Source: Mycobacterium tuberculosis H37Rv (GTDB lineage Bacteria; Actinomycetota; Actinomycetes; Mycobacteriales; Mycobacteriaceae). From it: a DNA stretch of 32,000 bases. The position numbers were made by a program, and so were the translations under genes. The notes beneath the pieces were generated by a model, which worked only from the letters and a program-made list of their open reading frames with translations, was not told the origin of the DNA and did no database searches. This document shows, piece after piece, positions 1 through 7,876 of this stretch. The DNA lies in contig NC_000962.3 of the NCBI RefSeq assembly GCF_000195955.2, forward strand, positions 300,001 through 332,000. The letters are read 5' to 3'. Position 1 is the stretch's first letter. Every line of letters begins with the position of its first letter.

Positions 1-803
1 ACACCCTCAGTGACCAGAATTCCCTTGACACTGGGCGGCCACACCATGCCCGTCGGGTGGAACTGGACGAACTCCATGTTGATCAGCGTCGCCCCGGCCC
101 GCAGTGCCAACGCGTGCCCGTCTCCGGTGTACTCCCAGGAGTTGGATGTCACCTTGAACGACTTGCCGATCCCGCCAGTGGCAAGCACCACCGCTGGCGC
201 CTCGAACACGATGAACCGGCCGCTTTCCCGCCAGTAGCCGAAGGCTCCGGCGATCGCGCCTTGGTCCTTGAGCAGTTCGGTGATGGTGCATTCGGCGAAC
301 ACTTTGATCCGCGCTTCGTAGTCGCCGAGCTCGGCGTGGTCCTCCTGCTGCAGCGAGACAACCTTTTGCTGCAGGGTGCGGATCAACTCCAGGCCGGTGC
401 GGTCGCCGACGTGCGCCAGTCGCGGATAGGTGTGTCCGCCGAAGTTGCGCTGACTGATTCGGCCATCGTCGGTGCGGTCGAACAGCGCGCCGTAGGTCTC
501 CAACTCCCAGACCCGGTCCGGCGCCTCCTTGGCGTGCAGCTCGGCCATACGCCAGTTGTTCAGGAACTTTCCACCGCGCATCGTGTCGCCGAAGTGAGTC
601 TTCCAATTGTCCTTCGGGTTGGCGTTGCCCATCGCGGCCGCGCAGCCGCCTTCGGCCATGACCGTGTGGGCCTTGCCGAATAGGGATTTGCACACGACGG
701 CTACTTTCAAGCCGCGTTCCCGCGCCTCGATGACCGCGCGTAACCCCGCGCCGCCGGCACCGATCACGACTACGTCGTAGGAGTGCCGCTCGACCTCAAC
801 CAT
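1..803 (-). CDS. Succinate dehydrogenase/fumarate reductase flavoprotein subunit, N-terminal ~267 codons. The gene continues beyond the left window edge (Rv0248c-like).
   Basis: Absent from the ORF track because it has no in-window stop. Hand translation of the minus strand from ATG at 803-801 gives MVEVERHSYDVVVIGAGGAGLRAVIEARERGLKVAVVCKSLFGKAHTVMAEGG (GxGxxG FAD fold). Near position 60 it gives MEFVQFHPTGMVWPPSVKGILVTEG. The 7..693 track ORF is a different, Arg-rich frame. Confidence 0.9.
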   Translation of the reverse strand, partial: MVEVERHSYDVVVIGAGGAGLRAVIEARERGLKVAVVCKSLFGKAHTVMAEGGCAAAMGNANPKDNWKTHFGDTMRGGKFLNNWRMAELHAKEAPDRVWELETYGALFDRTDDGRISQRNFGGHTYPRLAHVGDRTGLELIRTLQQKVVSLQQEDHAELGDYEARIKVFAECTITELLKDQGAIAGAFGYWRESGRFIVFEAPAVVLATGGIGKSFKVTSNSWEYTGDGHALALRAGATLINMEFVQFHPTGMVWPPSVKGILVTEG

Positions 804-833
804 AAAACCTCGCTCAGCTTCTGAAACGATCCT

Positions 834-1655
834 TCAGCCAATAAATCTGAGATCTGTGATGCTGCCACTGGCCACCAGCATGATGTAGAAATCGGTGAGC
901 GCCAGGGTCCCCAGCGTGATCCACGCGAATTGCATGTGTCGGGTATTGAGCTTGCTGACCTGTGTCCAGATCCAGTATCGCACTGGGTGCTTGGAGAAAT
1001 GCTTGAGCCGACCGCCGGTGGCGTGCCGGCACGAATGGCACGAGATGGTGTATGCCCACAGCAGAACCACATTGATCGTCAAAATGACATTGCCCAAACC
1101 GAAGCCGAATCCGGACGGCGAGTGAAATGCCGCGATCGCGTCATAGGTGTTGATCAGCGACACCACCACCGCGATATAGAAGAAATACCGGTGGGTGTTC
1201 TGGACGATCAGCGGAAGCCGGGTTTCACCGGTGTAATGAGCCCGCGGCTCGGGCACTGCGCAGCTTGTCGGCGACTGCCATACCGACCGGTAGTAGGCCT
1301 TGCGGTAATAATAGCAGGTGAGCCGGAATCCAAGCAGGAACGGTAATACCATCGCTCCCAACGGAATCCACCCTGGAAAATGCCCGAACCAGACGCCGAG
1401 ATGACTGGCGCCGGGCTGGCAGGACGCGCTGACGCACGGCGAGTAGAACGGCGTCAGGTAATGATATTTTTCCACCCAGTATTGGCTGCCCCAGAACGCC
1501 CGAGTGGTCGCATAGCAGATGAACGCCAAAAGACCGAGGTTGGTCAGCAGCGGTGGCAACCACCAGAGGTCGGTGCGAAGCGTCCGTTCTGGGATTTGTG
1601 CGCGGGTGGGTGTGAAAACGCCGATCGCAGGACGGTTCGCCGTGGGTGCGCTCAT
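834..1655 (-). CDS. Succinate dehydrogenase (Sdh1) membrane-anchor subunit (Rv0249c-like)
   Basis: 273-aa ORF with several hydrophobic spans (LWWLPPLLTNLGLLAFICYATT, LGAMVLPFLLGF, FFYIAVVVSLI, VILTINVVLLWAYTI). It ends 30 nt upstream of the flavoprotein start on the same strand. Confidence 0.8.
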   Translation of the reverse strand: MSAPTANRPAIGVFTPTRAQIPERTLRTDLWWLPPLLTNLGLLAFICYATTRAFWGSQYWVEKYHYLTPFYSPCVSASCQPGASHLGVWFGHFPGWIPLGAMVLPFLLGFRLTCYYYRKAYYRSVWQSPTSCAVPEPRAHYTGETRLPLIVQNTHRYFFYIAVVVSLINTYDAIAAFHSPSGFGFGLGNVILTINVVLLWAYTISCHSCRHATGGRLKHFSKHPVRYWIWTQVSKLNTRHMQFAWITLGTLALTDFYIMLVASGSITDLRFIG

Positions 1656-1734
1656 CTAATGTGATCCTCTTCGCGTGTTATCTCGTCGAAGGGTACACAG
1701 AGAACGGCCCCCTTTTTCTGGGGGGCTCGGTTGT

Positions 1735-2028
1735 TCAGTACCTGTGACCTCCGACACCCTCATCGTCGACATCGCGCCAAAATTCGCGATCGTACTCGGT
1801 GTCGGGGATGGCGATTTTCTCGCTGGGTTGCGGTACGGCGGCCCGTTCCAGGTCTAATTCAGAGACGTCGGTGTCGAGCAATTCGATGTCGGTGAGGATC
1901 CGGTCGGCATCGATCACGATGCGACGCGTTGCCGGGTTGTCGCCGAATCGCGCCTTCAGTGCGGTCACGCACCGCCGCAGTCCGCCGACGAGGTCGTGCA
2001 GTTCGGCGAGTTCGGCAGTCGTGGACAA
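1735..2028 (-). CDS. Small acidic conserved hypothetical protein (Rv0250c-like)
   Basis: 97-aa ORF between acr2 and the sdh genes on the same strand, with an acidic C-terminal half. No domain recognised; the call rests on the ORF, its context and my recollection of the locus. Confidence 0.6.
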   Translation of the reverse strand: MSTTAELAELHDLVGGLRRCVTALKARFGDNPATRRIVIDADRILTDIELLDTDVSELDLERAAVPQPSEKIAIPDTEYDREFWRDVDDEGVGGHRY

Positions 2029-2121
2029 TGGGTGCTCCCTGGGCTGGCGGTGTTACAGATCACAGTACGCTCCCGATACTAGCTATCGACGGACGGAGTC
2101 GTTGGGTCTACTCGGCCCAAT

Positions 2122-2162
2122 GGCATGATCCGGCGGACCCATCGGCCCGGCCGGATCATGCC
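2122..2162 (-). terminator. Perfect 13-bp stem / 15-nt loop hairpin immediately downstream of the acr2 stop (no U-tract)
   Basis: ggcatgatccggc (2122-2134) is the exact reverse complement of gccggatcatgcc (2150-2162). It lies 10 nt after the acr2 stop codon (2173-2175) on the transcribed strand. Confidence 0.45.
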
Positions 2163-2172
2163 GTATCGCGAA

Positions 2173-2652
2173 CTACTTCGTGATGGCGATGCGCTGCGCC
2201 TGAGTTTCGGCTGGGGCCTTGTAGGCGCCGGCAACCCGGACGGTCAGCACACCGGCGTCATAGGAAGCCGCGATGGCCTCGCTGGTGACGTGCGCGGGCA
2301 GCCGGAACGAGCGGCGGAATGATCCGTAGCGGATCTCACGCAGGGTGCGGCCGTCTTTGTCTCCGGCGTCTTGCGTGTGCTCGTCGCGGTGTTCGCCGCG
2401 GATCACCAGGCGGCTCACCGGCTGGCCAGGGTCAAGCTCGACGTTGACGTCCTTGTCGACGTCAATGCCGGGCAGTTCCAAACGGACCACCGCGTCGTCG
2501 CCATCCTTGACGATCTCGGCGGCCGGCGTGAAGTCTCCGGCGACCGGGCGGTACCAGTCCGTCGTCGCGGCAGGGCCGAAGAAGTCACGTAGCCAGCGGT
2601 CCCAGGGCTCAACGTCCCACACCGGACGCGACCACAATGCGAGATTGTTCAT
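2173..2652 (-). CDS. acr2: Alpha-crystallin/Hsp20-family small heat-shock protein Acr2 (Rv0251c, hsp)
   Basis: 159-aa ORF with an alpha-crystallin domain (AVVRLELPGIDVDKDVNVEL ... GSFRRSFRLPAHV ... ASYDAGVLTVRV). Stress-type promoter elements lie upstream. Confidence 0.93.
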   Translation of the reverse strand: MNNLALWSRPVWDVEPWDRWLRDFFGPAATTDWYRPVAGDFTPAAEIVKDGDDAVVRLELPGIDVDKDVNVELDPGQPVSRLVIRGEHRDEHTQDAGDKDGRTLREIRYGSFRRSFRLPAHVTSEAIAASYDAGVLTVRVAGAYKAPAETQAQRIAITK

Positions 2653-2718
2653 GGTTATCTCCTCATGCTTCGTTGTGAGTTAGCTGTGTCCGGCGCGTTG
2701 CCGGCCCGCTATACCAAG

Positions 2719-2745
2719 AACCTGAGTCGACCACGCTTAAGTTCC
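2719..2745 (-). promoter_or_regulatory. ECF sigma (SigE/SigH-type) promoter for acr2
   Basis: The minus strand reads GGAACT-N17-GGTT (ggaacttaagcgtggtcgactcaggtt), close to the mycobacterial SigH/SigE consensus GGAAYA-N16-17-cGTT. It overlaps the HAIR-like repeat. Confidence 0.5.
2721..2741. promoter_or_regulatory. HAIR-like inverted repeat (candidate HspR operator) in the acr2 promoter
   Basis: CCTGAGT-cgaccac-GCTTAAG matches the HAIR consensus CTTGAGT-N7-ACTCAAG at 11/14 positions with the correct 7-nt spacer. It sits about 70 nt upstream of the acr2 ATG. Confidence 0.5.
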
Positions 2746-2865
2746 ACCTCGGCGTTCACCGGAAGCGAACACTGTCACACAGCCGGTCGCCAGGTGTGAT
2801 CACAGCGTCATATGTGCGTCACATTCGGCGATTTTTCGGTAATTTGCCCCTCATACCCTCAGACC

Positions 2866-5427
2866 ATGCCTACGGCTGGGAGTTCGCGCGCGCCTGCCGC
2901 GGCTCGCGAGATCGTCGTGGTCGGCCACGGCATGGTGGGCCATCGGCTGGTCGAAGCGGTGCGTGCCCGTGACGCGGACGGGTCGCTGCGGATCACGGTG
3001 CTGGCCGAGGAGGGCGATGCGGCCTATGACCGGGTCGGCCTGACGTCCTATACCGAAAGCTGGGACCGCGCCCTGTTGGCCTTGCCGGGTAACGATTACG
3101 CCGGTGACCAGCGGGTTCGGTTGCTACTAAACACCCGAGTCACCCAGATTGACCGGGCAACCAAGTCGGTGGTCACCGCGGCAGGGCAACGGCATCGCTA
3201 CGACACCCTGGTGCTGGCCACCGGCTCCTACGCATTCGTCCCGCCGGTGCCCGGCCACGACCTGCCCGCGTGCCACGTCTACCGCACCTTTGACGATCTC
3301 GACGCTATCCGCGCCGGCGCCCAGCGCACCCTGGACGGCGGTCACACCGATGGCGGGGTGGTTATCGGTGGCGGCCTGCTGGGCCTGGAAGCCGCCAATG
3401 CGCTGCGCCAGTTCGGGTTGCAGACACACGTCGTCGAGATGATGCCACGATTGATGGCCCAACAGATCGACGAGGCCGGGGGTGCACTACTGGCCAGGAT
3501 GATCGCCGATCTCGGGATCGCGGTGCACGTCGGGACCGGTACCGAGTCGATCGAGTCGGTGAAGCATTCGGATGGCTCGGTGTGGGCGCGGGTTCGCCTG
3601 AGCGACGGCGAGGTGATCGATGCTGGGGTGGTGATCTTTGCCGCCGGCATCCGGCCGCGCGACGAGTTGGCCAGGGCGGCGGGGCTGGCGATCGGCGACC
3701 GGGGCGGTGTGCTCACCGACTTGTCCTGCCGGACAAGCGATCCCGATATCTACGCGGTCGGCGAAGTCGCCGCGATAGACGGGCGGTGTTACGGCCTGGT
3801 CGGGCCCGGATACACCAGCGCCGAGGTGGTGGCCGACCGACTGCTGGACGGGTCGGCCGAGTTCCCCGAAGCGGACCTGTCGACCAAACTCAAGCTGTTG
3901 GGTGTCGACGTCGCCAGCTTCGGCGACGCGATGGGGGCAACCGAGAACTGCCTCGAGGTTGTCATCAATGACGCGGTGAAGCGCACATATGCCAAGTTGG
4001 TGCTCTCCGACGACGCCACCACGCTGCTCGGTGGCGTGCTGGTGGGCGATGCCTCGTCGTACGGGGTGCTGCGGCCGATGGTCGGCGCCGAACTGCCCGG
4101 GGATCCCCTGGCGCTGATCGCGCCGGCCGGATCTGGGGCCGGCGCTGGCGCTTTAGGTGTTGGGGCGCTGCCGGATTCGGCCCAGATCTGCTCGTGCAAC
4201 AACGTCACCAAGGGCGAGCTGAAGTGCGCGATTGCCGACGGTTGTGGGGACGTTCCCGCGCTGAAGTCATGCACCGCGGCCGGCACGTCGTGTGGGTCGT
4301 GCGTGCCGCTGCTCAAGCAGCTGCTAGAAGCCGAGGGTGTGGAGCAGTCCAAGGCGCTGTGCGAGCACTTCAGCCAGTCGCGCGCGGAGCTTTTTGAAAT
4401 CATCACCGCCACCGAAGTCCGGACTTTCTCCGGGTTGCTTGACCGCTTTGGACGCGGAAAGGGTTGCGACATCTGCAAACCCGTGGTCGCCTCTATCCTG
4501 GCATCCACCGGCTCCGACCACATTTTGGACGGCGAGCAGGCCTCGCTACAAGATTCCAACGACCACTTCCTGGCCAACATCCAGAAGAACGGCAGTTACT
4601 CGGTGGTGCCGAGGGTGCCTGGCGGTGACATCAAGCCAGAACACCTGATTTTGATCGGCCAGATCGCACAGGACTTCGGCCTCTACACCAAGATCACCGG
4701 CGGTCAGCGGATCGACTTGTTCGGCGCCCGGGTGGATCAGCTGCCCTTGATCTGGCAGCGACTGGTTGATGGCGGCATGGAATCTGGGCACGCCTACGGC
4801 AAGGCGGTGCGGACCGTGAAGAGCTGCGTGGGCAGCGACTGGTGCCGCTACGGTCAGCAGGATTCGGTGCAGCTGGCCATCGACCTGGAACTGCGTTATC
4901 GCGGGCTACGGGCACCGCACAAAATAAAGCTGGGCGTCTCGGGTTGCGCGCGGGAATGCGCCGAGGCGCGCGGCAAGGATGTGGGCGTGATCGCCACCGA
5001 GAAAGGCTGGAACCTTTACGTCGCCGGCAACGGCGGCATGACGCCCAAGCACGCTCAACTACTGGCCAGCGACCTCGACAAAGAGACGCTCATCCGCTAC
5101 ATCGACCGCTTTCTCATTTACTACATCCGCACGGCCGACCGGCTGCAGCGAACCGCGCCATGGGTGGAATCGCTTGGGCTGGACCATGTGCGCGAGGTGG
5201 TCTGCGAGGACTCGCTGGGTCTGGCCGAGGAATTCGAGGCCGCGATGCAACGCCATGTCGCCAACTACAAGTGCGAGTGGAAGGGCGTGCTGGAGGACCC
5301 GGACAAGCTGTCCCGGTTCGTTTCCTTCGTCAACGCCCCCGATGCCGTCGACTCGACGGTGACCTTCACCGAGCGTGCCGGGCGCAAAGTACCTGTGTCC
5401 ATTGGTATCCCGCGGGTCCGATCATGA
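2866..5427 (+). CDS. nirB: Assimilatory NAD(P)H nitrite reductase large subunit NirB
   Basis: N-terminal FAD/NAD fold (EIVVVGHGMVGHR, VVIGGGLLGLEAA), BFD-like 2Fe-2S motifs (CSCNNVTKGELKCAI, CGSCVP) and a siroheme/4Fe-4S region (SCVGSDWCRYG, GVSGCARECAEA). Start chosen at the internal ATG 2866 (MPTAGSS, 853 aa) rather than the track start 2812. Confidence 0.93.
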   Translation: MPTAGSSRAPAAAREIVVVGHGMVGHRLVEAVRARDADGSLRITVLAEEGDAAYDRVGLTSYTESWDRALLALPGNDYAGDQRVRLLLNTRVTQIDRATKSVVTAAGQRHRYDTLVLATGSYAFVPPVPGHDLPACHVYRTFDDLDAIRAGAQRTLDGGHTDGGVVIGGGLLGLEAANALRQFGLQTHVVEMMPRLMAQQIDEAGGALLARMIADLGIAVHVGTGTESIESVKHSDGSVWARVRLSDGEVIDAGVVIFAAGIRPRDELARAAGLAIGDRGGVLTDLSCRTSDPDIYAVGEVAAIDGRCYGLVGPGYTSAEVVADRLLDGSAEFPEADLSTKLKLLGVDVASFGDAMGATENCLEVVINDAVKRTYAKLVLSDDATTLLGGVLVGDASSYGVLRPMVGAELPGDPLALIAPAGSGAGAGALGVGALPDSAQICSCNNVTKGELKCAIADGCGDVPALKSCTAAGTSCGSCVPLLKQLLEAEGVEQSKALCEHFSQSRAELFEIITATEVRTFSGLLDRFGRGKGCDICKPVVASILASTGSDHILDGEQASLQDSNDHFLANIQKNGSYSVVPRVPGGDIKPEHLILIGQIAQDFGLYTKITGGQRIDLFGARVDQLPLIWQRLVDGGMESGHAYGKAVRTVKSCVGSDWCRYGQQDSVQLAIDLELRYRGLRAPHKIKLGVSGCARECAEARGKDVGVIATEKGWNLYVAGNGGMTPKHAQLLASDLDKETLIRYIDRFLIYYIRTADRLQRTAPWVESLGLDHVREVVCEDSLGLAEEFEAAMQRHVANYKCEWKGVLEDPDKLSRFVSFVNAPDAVDSTVTFTERAGRKVPVSIGIPRVRS

Positions 5428-5452
5428 AGTCCGGGAGGACAAAGGAGGGACT

Positions 5453-5809
5453 GTGACGCTTCTCAACGACATTCAGGTATGGACCACCGCCTGCGCATAC
5501 GACCATCTCATTCCGGGACGTGGTGTCGGGGTGTTACTCGATGACGGTAGTCAGGTGGCACTGTTCCGGCTCGACGACGGCTCGGTGCACGCGGTCGGTA
5601 ACGTCGACCCGTTCTCCGGTGCTGCGGTGATGTCCCGCGGCATCGTCGGTGATCGCGGAGGTCGCGCCATGGTGCAATCGCCGATCCTGAAGCAGGCTTT
5701 CGCGCTCGACGATGGCTCGTGCCTCGACGATCCGCGCGTTTCGGTGCCGGTGTATCCGGCGCGCGTCACACCCGAAGGCCGCATTCAGGTCGCGCGGGTA
5801 GCGGTCTAG
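5453..5809 (+). CDS. nirD: Nitrite reductase small subunit NirD
   Basis: 118-aa product from GTG 5453, preceded by aaaggaggga (strong SD). NirD/Rieske-like fold sequence (VWTTACAYDHLIPGRGVGVLL...VALFRL). It starts 25 nt after the nirB stop. Confidence 0.88.
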   Translation: MTLLNDIQVWTTACAYDHLIPGRGVGVLLDDGSQVALFRLDDGSVHAVGNVDPFSGAAVMSRGIVGDRGGRAMVQSPILKQAFALDDGSCLDDPRVSVPVYPARVTPEGRIQVARVAV

Positions 5810-5824
5810 CTCACCCCGCGAACC

Positions 5825-6349
5825 TCACAGCTTGAGCACACGTCCGGCGATGACCAGATGTACCTCATCGCAGACGGCTGCCACGCGTCGGTTGATTGTG
5901 CCCAGTAGATCGCGAAACAGCACGCCCGAAGAATGGGATGGCACCACCCCGAGGCCGACCTCGTTCGTCACCACGATCGCAGTGGGCAATCCGGTCAGCG
6001 CGGCGCACAACCCGTCGAGCCGTGCCTCGAGGACGGCGTAGACGTCCGCGGTCGCAGCAGACCACAACGCCTCGCCATCCATGATGGCCGTCAGCCAGGT
6101 GCCCAAGCAGTCCACGAGCACGGGACTTCGTGCCTCGGACAAAGCCGTCGCGACGTCGGCCGTTTCCACCGTTAGCCAGGTCGGTGGGCGGCGAGCGCGA
6201 TGCAGTGCGACCCGGGCGTCCCAATCGGGATCGCTGCCAGCGGCCGGGCGGCCAGGCGCGACGTAGACGACGTCGGCCGCATCGCCCAACAACGCTTCGG
6301 CGTGCGTGGACTTTCCCGAGCGGACGCCGCCAGTGACCAGTATCCGCAC
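5825..6349 (-). CDS. cobU: Adenosylcobinamide kinase / adenosylcobinamide-phosphate guanylyltransferase CobU
   Basis: 174-aa ORF with P-loop MRILVTGGVRSGKST. It starts 24 nt downstream of cobQ1. Confidence 0.9.
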   Translation of the reverse strand: MRILVTGGVRSGKSTHAEALLGDAADVVYVAPGRPAAGSDPDWDARVALHRARRPPTWLTVETADVATALSEARSPVLVDCLGTWLTAIMDGEALWSAATADVYAVLEARLDGLCAALTGLPTAIVVTNEVGLGVVPSHSSGVLFRDLLGTINRRVAAVCDEVHLVIAGRVLKL

Positions 6350-6373
6350 CGGGTCATCGTAGGTGGGGCGGCC

Positions 6374-7858
6374 TCATGGCGCGCCCGGAGCGAGAAAGGG
6401 CAAGGTCGGCGGGCAACCATGGCGGGCCAGGTTGAGCAGCGCATCGACGTCGAGGTGTCGTTCGACGAGATCGCCGAGCAGGTCGAGGCGGCGCTCGCGT
6501 GCGGCCAGGAAGCATGAGCCCGACGGGGCGAGGCCGAGCGTCTCTCGCAGGAAGGCCTCGCGCAGGGCGTCGCCTTCCAACGAGCCGTGCCACATGGTGC
6601 CGAACACCGGTCCGTCGCGCGCGCCGCCGAGGAACTCCTCGGCGGTGTCACCGCGGGTGATCCGGCCGTGGTGAATCTCGTACCCCGACGCGGGCACACC
6701 GAGTCCTTCGCCGCGCGGTAGCCGCAGCACCTTGTGGGGGGAAAATGCGGTCTCCACGTCGAGCAAACCCAAGCCCTCGACCTCGGTCACCTGCCCTCCC
6801 GGACCTTCGATGCCGTACGGGTCGCGAATCACCCGGCCCAGCATCTGGAACCCGCCACAAATGCCGAGCAGCGGCTTGCCCGCCGCAACATGCACCAGCA
6901 GCGCACGATCTAGGTCTCGCGCCCTCAGCCAGGCTAGATCGGCGATCGTTGCCCGGGTGCCCGGCAACACGATCAGATCGGCATCGTCCAGCGCGCGGGG
7001 GTCGGAAGCGAACACGACATCCAAGTCGGGCTCAAGACCCAATGCGTCGACATCGGTGAAGTTGCTGATTCGTGGCAGGCGCACGACGGCTACCCGGCGG
7101 GCCCCGGTGCCCGCCGCGCGCCGGCCCTGTAGGTCGAGGGCATCTTCGGAGTCCAGCCAGAGGTCGGGGTGCCACGGCAGGGTGCCGTACACCCTGCGCC
7201 CGGTGACCCGTTCCAGGTCGCGCAGACCTGGCGCCAGCAGGTCGGAGTCGCCCCGAAACTTATTGACCACAAACCCCGCGACCAGCGCCTGGTCCTCGGC
7301 AGCCAGCAACGCGACGGTGCCCAGGAACGCAGCGAACACCCCGCCGCGGTCGATGTCACCGACGACGATGGTCGGCAGTCCCGCATGACGGGCAAGCCCC
7401 ATGTTGACGTAGTCACCTGCGCGCAGGTTGATTTCGGCCGGGCTGCCGGCGCCCTCCGCGACAACGACGTCGTAGCGGGCGGCGAGGGCGTCGAAGGCGC
7501 GGCATGCGGCCTCGGCGAGCGCTCGCCGCCCCGCACACCAGCTTGACGACGCCACCTCGCCCCAGGGCTTGCCCATCAACACCACGTGGCTGCGGTGATC
7601 ACTGGCCGGCTTGAGCAAGACCGGGTTCATCGCCGCCTCGGGCGTGGTCCTAGCCGCGAGTGCCTGCACCCATTGCGCCCGACCGATCTCCACGCCCGTG
7701 CCGTCGGGGCCTCGGCAGACCATCGAGTTGTTGGACATGTTCTGCGCCTTAAACGGCGCCACCCGCACACCGCGTCGGGCCAACGCGCGGCACAGCCCCG
7801 CGGTCACGGCGCTCTTACCGGCGTCGCTTGTCGTACCCGCGACCAGCAGACCCGACAT
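6374..7858 (-). CDS. cobQ1: Cobyric acid synthase CobQ
   Basis: 494 aa. N-terminal dethiobiotin-synthase-like ATPase (VAGTTSDAGKSAVTAGL) and C-terminal class-I glutamine amidotransferase (LLGICGGFQMLG, YEIHHGR). Confidence 0.92.
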   Translation of the reverse strand: MSGLLVAGTTSDAGKSAVTAGLCRALARRGVRVAPFKAQNMSNNSMVCRGPDGTGVEIGRAQWVQALAARTTPEAAMNPVLLKPASDHRSHVVLMGKPWGEVASSSWCAGRRALAEAACRAFDALAARYDVVVAEGAGSPAEINLRAGDYVNMGLARHAGLPTIVVGDIDRGGVFAAFLGTVALLAAEDQALVAGFVVNKFRGDSDLLAPGLRDLERVTGRRVYGTLPWHPDLWLDSEDALDLQGRRAAGTGARRVAVVRLPRISNFTDVDALGLEPDLDVVFASDPRALDDADLIVLPGTRATIADLAWLRARDLDRALLVHVAAGKPLLGICGGFQMLGRVIRDPYGIEGPGGQVTEVEGLGLLDVETAFSPHKVLRLPRGEGLGVPASGYEIHHGRITRGDTAEEFLGGARDGPVFGTMWHGSLEGDALREAFLRETLGLAPSGSCFLAARERRLDLLGDLVERHLDVDALLNLARHGCPPTLPFLAPGAP

Positions 7859-7876
7859 CCGTCTCCCGAAGGTTTC

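Noticed and set aside
7-693. 228-aa minus-strand ORF (MQIPIRQGPHGHGRRRLRGRD...)
   Set aside because: It is out of frame with the true flavoprotein gene, which hand translation shows in another minus frame (GxGxxG and FHPTG motifs). The Arg/Gly/Pro-rich composition is typical of off-frame reads in high-GC DNA.
2812-2865. Upstream starts offered by the ORF track: nirB at 2812, nirD at 5375, PxpC-like at 15847, fadE6 at 28497, VOC gene at 30380, second TetR at 31667
   Set aside because: In each case a downstream start has a better SD or spacing, avoids overlap with the neighbouring gene, and begins where the homologous domain begins. The extensions add non-conserved-looking residues. Residual uncertainty about the exact starts remains.
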